DNA of 64,000 nt from sequence record ON529860.1; one strand, written 5' to 3'. The notes beneath the pieces were generated by a model. It worked only from the letters and a program-made list of their open reading frames with translations, was not told where the DNA came from and searched no databases. Below, piece after piece: positions 32,141-39,502 of the stretch (position 1 is the first letter of the stretch; each line of letters opens with the position of its first letter). The translations under genes were made by a program, and so were the position numbers.

Positions 32141-35119
32141 GTGGCCCACATCGACTATGAGAACAACCTGTTCCTCGGACGCGGCACGTTCGAGGAGCGG
32201 GAAATCTTCCGCGATGTCCTGGGCAAGTTCCAGGGCTTCACCTTCTCCAAGGAATACGGCTGCTGGACGACCGGCGACGTCGTGATGGCCCAGGCGGTCA
32301 AGGGCGTGGTCTGGACCGACCGCGCCATGGCGCGTCTGCGCACCCTGCTGGAAGCCGCCAAGATCAGCGAAGAACTGTCGTGGCGATCGGATACGACCTA
32401 TGTGCCGCCGTCGCCGCCGGGGTTGAGTTACCTCCCCTACCAGCGCGCCGGCATCGAATACGCACTGATGCGCAAGGACACGCTGATCGCCGATCAGCCC
32501 GGCCTGGGCAAGATGGCGAGCGTCAATACGCCCGTACTGACCCCGTCTGGGTGGCGCCGTATGGGCGATCTGGCCGTGGGTGACGACGTGATCGCCGTTG
32601 ATGGTCAGTCCACGCGGGTCATCGGGGTCTATCCCCAAGGCATTCTGCCAAACTATCGGGTTCGATTCCGGGACGGCACGACGACCAACTGCGGCGCCGA
32701 CCATCTCTGGGCCGTCGGAAGCCCGACGCGTCGAAACCGCGCAAAAGCGATGGGCAGGCCAGACTACGAATACACGGTCAAGTCCCTTCAAGAACTGATG
32801 GACGGCGGGCTCACCTCGTCTCCCGACGGCGTCCGCGTGGGGGCGAAATGGTATGTGCCTCTGGTCGAGCCGGTCGCGCACCCCGCGCGGGACCTGCCGA
32901 TCGACCCCTACATTCTCGGCGTTCTCCTGGGCGACGGCGCCTTGACCTCCTGCGGCACCGGGTTCTCCAACCCGGACATCGACGCGGACATTCGCGACGA
33001 AGTCTCACGGCGCCTGCCCGACGGCTACCACCTGCGCGTGGACCGATCTTCGGGCTGCCCGCGCGGCATGATCGTATCGGAGACGCACAAGGTTCACGCG
33101 CTCAAGGCCGCGCTCCGTGACCTGGGGCTGAACGCCCTCAGCGGCGATCGCTTCATCCCTGAAGGCTATATCCTCGCCTCCGTCGAACAGCGGCTGAGCC
33201 TGCTGCGCGGGCTCATGGATACGGACGGCTCATCGAGCGGAAACCGGATCGCCTTCCACACGACGTCGCCCAGGTTGGCGGCGGGGGTGGCCGAACTCGT
33301 CCGCTCGCTGGGAGGCGTAGCGATCGAACGGTGGTATGACCGCGAGGCTGAGGGTAAGCCTGCCGAATGTCAGGTCAACGTGAAGATGGCGATCTGCCCC
33401 TTCTTCGCACGACGCAAGGCCCGCAACTGGTCACCCCAAAACCCGCGCCGATACATTCATGCCGTTGAGCGGATCGAGGACTGCGAGCAGGTCTGCATCG
33501 CGGTCGATCACCCTCGCCGGCTCTATGTCGCCGAGCACTACATCGTCACGCACAACACGATTCAGGCGATCGGCGTCCTGAACGCTGACGAGACCATCAA
33601 CAGCGCCCTGTTCATCGTACCGGCCTCGCTGAAGATCAACTGGCACCGCGAGATCGACAAGTGGATGCTGCCCAACCTGACCTTCGGCATCGCCGAGGCC
33701 AAGCGGATCGACAAGGAGTTGATCGGTTACGCCAAGGCCTATGAATATGTCGAGGACGGGGTCTACAAGACCGGGGCCAAGGCGGGCCAGCCCAAGTTCA
33801 AGAAGGTCGAGGTCCAGGGCAAGCCCAAGTATCGCAACGTCGAGACGTCCGACTACTGGCCCGACACCGACGTCGTCATCATCAACTACGACATCCTGGA
33901 GCGCTTCGCGGTCCAGATCAAGGAACGCAACTGGGATTACCTAGTCTGTGACGAATGCCATGCGCTGAAGAGCGCCGCCACCGGCCGCACCCTGTTCGTC
34001 CTCGGCGGAAAGCAGGAGTTCAACAAGGCCCAGCGCGACAAGCGCAAGGCCGAAGGCCTGTCGTCGCGACCGATCTGGCATCGCGCCATCGACGCCAACC
34101 GTCGCGTCTTCCTGTCCGGCACGCCGATGATGTCGCGGCCGGTGGAGTTGTGGCCCGTCGCCCACGCCTTCAACCCCTCCGACCTGGGTCGCGACTATGT
34201 CGACTTCGCCTACCGCTACTGCGCCGCCTGGACGACCGCCTACGGTCTGGACGTTTCGGGCGCCTCGAACCTGGAGGAGTTGGGCCAGAAGGCCCGCGCC
34301 AGCTTCATGGTGCGCCGGCTGAAACGCGAGGTGCTGCCGGAACTGCCGCCCAAGCGCCGCATCGTCGTCACCTTGGATAGCCCTGAAATCCGCGAACTGG
34401 TCGCCCGTGAAGACGAACTGGCCCAGGCGTTGCGCCTCTACGAGAACGTCACCCTCAACAAGGGCGTGGTGGTCGACGAGATCAACCACGGCATCCAGAT
34501 CGTCAACCACATGACGCGGATGGGGATGACGGACGAGTTCGATCCCGACAATCCGAACTGGCGCTCGCTCGACCTCGACTACGCCGCCTCGGTCGCCGGT
34601 CTGGAGCCGCCGGCCGTCGCCATCCTGTTCGAGGAAATGGCGAAGGTGCGCCGCGATCTCGGGCTCGCCAAGCTGAGCGCGCTCAAGCCGTGGATGGATG
34701 ACTTCCTGGAGGGCGGCGAGAAGCTGCTGATGTTCGCCTACCACTCCGACGTGGTCAAGGCGCTGGCCCTGGCGGCCGAGAAGTGGAACCCGGCGGTGAT
34801 CTGGGGCGGCACGCCCCTGCACAAGCGCCAAGGCGAGGTCGACAAGCTGCAAGGCGACGAAAGCTGCCGCCTGTTTATCGGCAACATCCAGGCGGCCGGC
34901 GTCGGCTTCACCATGACGCGCGCCCATGACGTCGCCTTCGCCGAGGGCGACTGGGTGCCCAGCCAGATTGAGCAGTGTGAGGACCGCGCCTGCCGCATCG
35001 GCCAGACGGCCGAGAAGATCAACAGCTACTTCCTGGTCGCCAACGGCTCGCTCGATTCCCGCATCGCCCAGGCCGCCAAGGCCAAGGAAGACAACATCAA
35101 CCTGGCGATGGGGGCGTGA
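32141..35119 (+). CDS. Snf2/SWI2-like SF2 helicase, intein-interrupted
   Basis: YQ..G, ADQPGLGK|TIQA, DECH, LSGTP, RRLK.EV, QCEDRACRIGQ. Confidence 0.9.
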   Translation: MAHIDYENNLFLGRGTFEEREIFRDVLGKFQGFTFSKEYGCWTTGDVVMAQAVKGVVWTDRAMARLRTLLEAAKISEELSWRSDTTYVPPSPPGLSYLPYQRAGIEYALMRKDTLIADQPGLGKMASVNTPVLTPSGWRRMGDLAVGDDVIAVDGQSTRVIGVYPQGILPNYRVRFRDGTTTNCGADHLWAVGSPTRRNRAKAMGRPDYEYTVKSLQELMDGGLTSSPDGVRVGAKWYVPLVEPVAHPARDLPIDPYILGVLLGDGALTSCGTGFSNPDIDADIRDEVSRRLPDGYHLRVDRSSGCPRGMIVSETHKVHALKAALRDLGLNALSGDRFIPEGYILASVEQRLSLLRGLMDTDGSSSGNRIAFHTTSPRLAAGVAELVRSLGGVAIERWYDREAEGKPAECQVNVKMAICPFFARRKARNWSPQNPRRYIHAVERIEDCEQVCIAVDHPRRLYVAEHYIVTHNTIQAIGVLNADETINSALFIVPASLKINWHREIDKWMLPNLTFGIAEAKRIDKELIGYAKAYEYVEDGVYKTGAKAGQPKFKKVEVQGKPKYRNVETSDYWPDTDVVIINYDILERFAVQIKERNWDYLVCDECHALKSAATGRTLFVLGGKQEFNKAQRDKRKAEGLSSRPIWHRAIDANRRVFLSGTPMMSRPVELWPVAHAFNPSDLGRDYVDFAYRYCAAWTTAYGLDVSGASNLEELGQKARASFMVRRLKREVLPELPPKRRIVVTLDSPEIRELVAREDELAQALRLYENVTLNKGVVVDEINHGIQIVNHMTRMGMTDEFDPDNPNWRSLDLDYAASVAGLEPPAVAILFEEMAKVRRDLGLAKLSALKPWMDDFLEGGEKLLMFAYHSDVVKALALAAEKWNPAVIWGGTPLHKRQGEVDKLQGDESCRLFIGNIQAAGVGFTMTRAHDVAFAEGDWVPSQIEQCEDRACRIGQTAEKINSYFLVANGSLDSRIAQAAKAKEDNINLAMGA
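32513..33556 (+). mobile_element. LAGLIDADG intein (348 aa) in helicase Walker A
   Basis: GK|MASVNTPVLTP...HLW...LGVLLGDG...LRGLMDTDG...QVCIAV...IVTHN|T. Confidence 0.9.
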
Positions 35120-35538
35120 CCTCCCGCACCGCGTGGCAAAAAGAGGTCGACGACCTGTTCTGGGGCGGCGAGCCGTTCGCCGCCCGCCAGCGCCGGGTCG
35201 AGACTGAACGCCGCGAGCGGTGGTCCCAGGAAGTGCGCATCAATCCGTCGGCCGAGGTCTTGGTCGGGCTGTGCCGTAAAGCGCGGTCGCAGGGTCTGCG
35301 CGGCATGTTGCACCAGGGCGACCTCTACTGGTGGCAGGCCTATTACGCCACGCACCACGACGTCCTTCACTGGATGGCGATCCCCGGCAACAAACTGGCG
35401 ACCGGCGTGGAGTTGCACGTCTTCGATGACGGAGCCGTCGGCCTGACCACGTTCGACCGGACGACCTTCGAGGCGTGCTTGATCCATCCGAGTCTGATCG
35501 GCCGGATCGACGCTGAAGGCGTGCTGATCAGCCGCTGA
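35116..35538 (+). CDS. Hypothetical protein
   Basis: GTGA overlap with helicase stop. Confidence 0.6.
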   Translation: MTSRTAWQKEVDDLFWGGEPFAARQRRVETERRERWSQEVRINPSAEVLVGLCRKARSQGLRGMLHQGDLYWWQAYYATHHDVLHWMAIPGNKLATGVELHVFDDGAVGLTTFDRTTFEACLIHPSLIGRIDAEGVLISR

Positions 35539-35619
35539 CAGGCGCCGGCGTTTTCGGCGCCGCAACAAAACTGTGATAGGGGCGTTGGTCAGGTTGTAGT
35601 TTTTGCCTTCAGGACCCCT

Positions 35620-35949
35620 ATGCATACCCGACAACCCGAAGAGTTCGCCCGAATCCTCGACGAGGCGGCCGAGCATATCGCACGCCAACCCATCCATCCC
35701 GGCCAATCCCTGCCGGGGTTATGGAACCTGGACGACGATTCTCACGAGCCGGCGCGCCTGATCGGCGTCATCGTGGCCTCGGCCCTGGCCCAGGTCTGCA
35801 AGACCGGCGATTGCGACCTGCAAGAGGCGCTCGCCAGCTATGCGGCGGTCTCTCACAACATCCCCCTGGTCGCCAAGGGCGGTCCGGACGTGATCGCGGC
35901 GCAGAACCTGCGCGACGCCGCCAGGACCCTGCGCGAAGCGCGCCATTGA
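35620..35949 (+). CDS. Hypothetical protein
   Basis: ORF preceded by AGGA, ends at the terminator. Confidence 0.55.
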   Translation: MHTRQPEEFARILDEAAEHIARQPIHPGQSLPGLWNLDDDSHEPARLIGVIVASALAQVCKTGDCDLQEALASYAAVSHNIPLVAKGGPDVIAAQNLRDAARTLREARH

Positions 35950-35952
35950 CGC

Positions 35953-35987
35953 AAAAAGGCCCGTCGCTGTCGAGCGCCGGGCCTTTA
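35953..35987. terminator. Bidirectional terminator closing the minus-strand RNA operon
   Basis: AAAAAGGCCCG...CGGGCCTTT. Confidence 0.8.
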
Positions 35988-35991
35988 ATGT

Positions 35992-36078
35992 TGGAGGTGC
36001 GACCTGGACTCGAACCAGGATGAGGGTTTCCCCTACGGCTTATGAGGCCGCTGCCTATTCCAGCCGCGCCACCGCACC
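35992..36078 (-). tRNA. tRNA, anticodon CAU, long variable arm, U73, encoded CCA
   Basis: GGTGCGG/TCGCACC acceptor, GCGGC-CTCATAA-GCCGT, variable arm AGGG-GAAA-CCCT, CCTGG-TTCGAGT-CCAGG. Confidence 0.85.
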
Positions 36079-36089
36079 AAAAAGAAGTC

Positions 36090-36168
36090 CAGGCGTGCTC
36101 CCGTTACACTAAACCGGCGAGGGTCATGACCCTCGGGCGCCGGCTGCGGGATCGAACCGCTCTACCTG
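36090..36168 (-). ncRNA. Circularly permuted tRNA mimic (YrlA-type module)
   Basis: 5'-CAGG, T arm GCGG-TTCGATC-CCGC, AGCCGGC/GCCGGTT acceptor closed by a palindromic loop, D arm GTGT-AACGGGA-GCAC, CCTG. Confidence 0.75.
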
Positions 36169-36210
36169 TGTATCCGCTGTCCGCGCCACGCCAGCGTCCG
36201 CCGCTAAGCG

Positions 36211-36277
36211 GGCGCCTGGAGAGTCGAACTCCGACAACGAAGATTCGGACCAGCCCGTCGGCCGGTCCACGAACGCC
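36211..36277 (-). ncRNA. Aberrant tRNA-like element
   Basis: T arm GGAG-TTCGACT-CTCC, weak acceptor, 9-bp hairpin replacing the D arm, no CCA. Confidence 0.4.
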
Positions 36278-36309
36278 GCGACGCCGAGGGAGGCGTCGGG
36301 GCGGTCGAA

Positions 36310-36387
36310 TGGGAGCGGGGACACGATTCGAACGTGCGATCTCTTGGTTATGAGCCAAGAATGTTGACCGGGCTACACTACCCCGCG
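36310..36387 (-). tRNA. tRNA-Met(CAU), initiator-like (C1:U72 mismatch)
   Basis: CGCGGGG/CCCCGCT, CTTGG-CTCATAA-CCAAG, GCACG-TTCGAAT-CGTGT, CCA. Confidence 0.85.
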
Positions 36388-36391
36388 ACTC

Positions 36392-36780
36392 TTAGGCGCC
36401 AGTTCCGACGGCAGTGCGCCGGCTGGTACTCAACGGGCTCCTCCGCCGACCCTGCGCCAGGAACCATGGCGGGCACAGGATCAAGACGGAGGCGTTGCTT
36501 TACACCCACCTTGGACGTCGGACCCGTCGGGCCGACGAAACTTTGACCAGGGGTTGTGGGACGAGTAATCCCGCCCTCTGGCCCGGCGGACTACTAGGCC
36601 TGCCCTTGCCTGGGCTCCCCCAGGCGTCCGGCACGACTTTTGGTCAACCAACCTTTACTCACGAAGACGGACGTAGCACCCGGCGTGGATCGGAACTGGT
36701 AGGCCCCTCTCCTGAACGGGCCGCCGTGCTCTGGCGGGGGTCCGTCGTCATCGCCGCCGGCGTCCGCCTGCGAGAGTAAA
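36392..36780 (-). ncRNA. Unassigned ~390-nt structured RNA
   Basis: No credible ORF. Long-range helices 36690-99/36399-408 (10 bp), 36654-60/36774-80, TTGACCA/TGGTCAA arm. Confidence 0.55.
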
Positions 36781-36782
36781 GT

Positions 36783-37118
36783 GGGGAACTTTCTGTTCCA
36801 AGGCCCGGCAAGCCGGGGTTCCCCATACCCGTGGTCGCCCTTAGGCGGCCAGGAGGACTCGTTCGCCAGCGGCGAAGTTGTCGTTGGAAGCTTCGACAGT
36901 TGTCAAAGTTGGATCGTGAGCGGCCTAAACCGCCATGCAGACCCTAGCACTCGCCATTCAATCCCGTCACCAACGTCAATCGATACTGTTCGGCCCCTCA
37001 AACCGCGCCCGTCTCCCATCATAGGAGGGGGATTGGTGGAGCCGACGGGATTCGCACCCGTGTCTTGCCCGTCTGTTTCGTTCTCTCTGCTTCGGACCGA
37101 AGTCCTCCGCGCGACGAA
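36783..37118 (-). ncRNA. ssrA: Circularly permuted (two-piece) tmRNA
   Basis: T arm plus CGGCTCC-A-CCA (37034-44) precedes GGGGCCG (36991-97) with a G3:U70 pair. Tag ORF 36891-36841 = ASNDNFAAGERVLLAA*. Confidence 0.92.
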
Positions 37119-37122
37119 ATGC

Positions 37123-37163
37123 CTGTATACAGAGTCCGTTTTGGAGTGTCAAGGATTACGTCA
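37123..37163 (-). promoter_or_regulatory. tmRNA promoter
   Basis: TGACGT-N5-TTGACA-17/18-(G)TATAC(A). Confidence 0.7.
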
Positions 37164-37171
37164 AAGATTTT

Positions 37172-37258
37172 TGGAGGGACGGGTGAGAATCGAACTCACG
37201 CCAGGCTTTCGCCAGGAGGATTTGCAGTCCCCCGCCTTACCACTCGGTCCACCGTCCC
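37172..37258 (-). tRNA. tRNA-Cys(GCA) with long variable arm
   Basis: GGGACGG/CCGTCCC-U73-CCA, GGGGA-CTGCAAA-TCCTC, variable arm GGC-GAAA-GCC, GTGAG-TTCGATT-CTCAC. Confidence 0.88.
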
Positions 37259-37267
37259 CTGGCATCG

Positions 37268-37404
37268 GTCTGGAAAGGGGAACCCGCCCGTGCCCGCCGC
37301 AGGTCCCGTGGTCGGTCCCGGCGGCGTCAGGGTTTCACGGCCCCAGGTCGACCCGCTCCCGTGATAGAGGGCGATACGCTGCGGGCGGGCTCGCCTTTCC
37401 AGAC
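37268..37404 (-). ncRNA. Rod-shaped RNA, 6S-like (tentative)
   Basis: 11-bp closing stem GTCTGGAAAGG/CCTTTCCAGAC, second stem, asymmetric bubble, apical stem. 3' CCTGCGGCGG. Confidence 0.5.
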
Positions 37405-37463
37405 GAAAAGGACCGCCCTGTTGCACTCCCCGGAGGGATCGTGTGACGGCCCGTGACCCTCGC

Positions 37464-37492
37464 CTTATAACGGAAGCGGTCGGGGCAGGCAA
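37464..37492 (-). promoter_or_regulatory. sigma70-type promoter of the RNA operon
   Basis: TTGCCT-17-TATAAG. Confidence 0.6.
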
Positions 37493-37637
37493 GTTCGAAA
37501 ACGCGCGGATGTCAAAAATCTCGGCACTTCGACAGGATTCTGCCGATAAAATGTCGATTGAACTTTATGTTAAGACGTGCTAAGGTTCTCATGCAGTCGT
37601 CAGCAACAGACTGCGTCCTGCCAACGGAGACATACAG

Positions 37638-38375
37638 ATGCTGCACAGTGTTCATGGTACGGTTCCTAAGCTTAAACGATGGTGCGGCCCCTCCGCCATC
37701 TCCATCATTACAGGCCAGCCCTATCACCACGCTTTGGCGTTGCTTAAGGACGTCAAGGCCGCCAGACGAACCTACCGCGTAACGAAGGCGCCGATTGTCA
37801 AGGGCGCGTCATCGCCTAGCGTGCGCGCCGTTCTGAAGAGCCTGGGTTATCTGACGACGCAGCGGGTGACGCCGGCAGGGATCACCGTCGCGGCCTGGCT
37901 GGCGGCGCGTCCTCCCGCCGACCAGTTCACCACCTTCCTGATCGTGGCGGCCAACCACTGGATGGTGGTGCGCGGCGACGAGGCCTGCTGCGGCATTCTC
38001 GGGACGCCGACGCCGGTCGAGCGCATGAAGTTCCGACGCGGCGTCGTCACCGAATGCTGGGTCGTCACGCCGTCCTCGCAGGGCGTGGCCCCGATCGTGA
38101 CCGAGGCGCGCAAGCCGTCCGCTCGGGCAGCGTCCTCCTGGGACCGCAGCGAGGCGCGCGACCGCCGCGCCTTCGTCAAGCTGGCGCGCCAGCACGCGTT
38201 CACCTACGACATCGTCCGGGATTGCGACACGATCCGCTACATGGAGATCGCGCCCTGCGCCGTCTTCCCCAAGGGGCTGGACACCCTGCACCATGACTGG
38301 GCGGAAACCCTGGATCGGGTCCGGCATTGCCTCGATCACCCCGAGGACGCCGCCTCGGGCAGCTACGGCCGCTGA
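37638..38375 (+). CDS. Papain-fold (peptidase C39-like) protein
   Basis: WCGPSAISII and ANHWMVV Cys/His motifs. GGAGA RBS and TTGAAC-17-TAAGGT promoter. Confidence 0.55.
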   Translation: MLHSVHGTVPKLKRWCGPSAISIITGQPYHHALALLKDVKAARRTYRVTKAPIVKGASSPSVRAVLKSLGYLTTQRVTPAGITVAAWLAARPPADQFTTFLIVAANHWMVVRGDEACCGILGTPTPVERMKFRRGVVTECWVVTPSSQGVAPIVTEARKPSARAASSWDRSEARDRRAFVKLARQHAFTYDIVRDCDTIRYMEIAPCAVFPKGLDTLHHDWAETLDRVRHCLDHPEDAASGSYGR

Positions 38376-38381
38376 ACGCAA

Positions 38382-38415
38382 GAGCCCCGACCGATCACTC
38401 GGTCGGGGCTTTTTC
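38382..38415 (+). terminator. Intrinsic terminator
   Basis: AGCCCCGACCGA-TCAC-TCGGTCGGGGCT-TTTT. Confidence 0.9.
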
Positions 38416-38434
38416 TCGCGCCATCGTCTGTGTC

Positions 38435-39402
38435 TCGGCCGGCGCAGCGTCAGAAGGGTGTGTCGCGAGACCTCCGTCGCGGTCCCAGGGCACTGGGGCT
38501 CCCTGGAACAAACCTCACCTGAACGTGGCTTTCCTCCCCAAGGGGCTGAAGGTGGCGGGGTCCAGGCGACCCTGTGGGGCTCACACGGCAAGGCCTCTTC
38601 TCAATGCCAGGCATAGAAGTAGGCAGAGAGCATAGGTTCTTCCTACCCTCGTCATTGTCGTGGTCCGTTTTCCGTCTATCACAGCCTCTGGCTGCCGTCA
38701 CGCCTGGTTCCCATTTCTAGGACGGCGTTCCCCTCAGAAGACGGGTCCTGGTAGACCGCGTGTGGCTCTTCAGCGCCTGACGGAACTCGACGACGTGGTT
38801 GCCGGCCGTCTGAACTAGCGTCCCCAAGCGCCCCCATGGACATGCCGTAGGGGTGTGGCAGGGTCCGCCCCACGCTGTGTCAGGATATACGACAATGAAG
38901 AGGGGGAGGTCAATACCGCCTCTGGCGGCCGTCACGCCTAATCGTTCGTCTCGGGCGGCGTTCCCGTCAGGCCTGATTGTCCCCGGCCGAGGTTTGTTCG
39001 GGGGAGCGGTGCGGTCAATCACCCCGACTCACGTTCTCTCGTAACCCGACAGCACGGGCTTAAGCGCGCACGAGCGCTGTGATACAGTCACGCGGTGGTC
39101 GACCTATGGTGAGGTCATCGAGCCCAGTCGCGCAATCCCACCCTGTATGACGGGATTCATGGCTATCGTCAAGGGGTAACGGGCGCTCTCTCCCGGTCAC
39201 GCCTCGTCCTGATGTCTCAGCCGGCGTTCGCTTCAGACAGTACGGCAATCTCGGGGCCGTCCCACGCTCCCGCTGTCGTCGGGCCTGTTCCCAGAGGAAG
39301 GTCTACTCCAGGGCAGTCTGCTCCAGAGGCCAGGTCAGGGCGAACCCTGTGTGCTGCGCCTAAGGACCTTCAGCAAGATTGAAGCCTACCAGAACAAACC
39401 GA
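38435..39402 (-). ncRNA. Giant (~960 nt) ORF-less structured RNA
   Basis: Bounded by terminators. Four 8-11-bp perfect long-range complementarities and three copies of a covarying module. G:U polarity favours the minus strand. Confidence 0.7.
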
Positions 39403-39410
39403 AACGGGCA

Positions 39411-39444
39411 AAGAAAAACGGCCCCGATCCGAAGATCGGGGCCG
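39411..39444 (-). terminator. Terminator downstream of Ro60
   Basis: CGGCCCCGATC-TTCG-GATCGGGGCCG-TTTTTCTTT on minus strand. Confidence 0.9.
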
Positions 39445-39502
39445 CATCGTTCTTTACGCGACAGCGTAATTCCGCGAACGGATTACGAATACCCGTATTG
39501 GA

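Noticed and set aside
36392-36780. RNase P or SRP RNA
   Set aside because: Size fits RNase P but GAGGAAAGUCC and the CR-V sequence are absent. No SRP GGAA/GCAGC helix-8 motif
38435-39402. Group I/II intron or hammerhead explanation for the giant RNA
   Set aside because: No interrupted gene, no domain V (AGC..GNRA), no P7 pair or CUGAnGA/GAAA core that I could find. Needs cmscan to exclude fully
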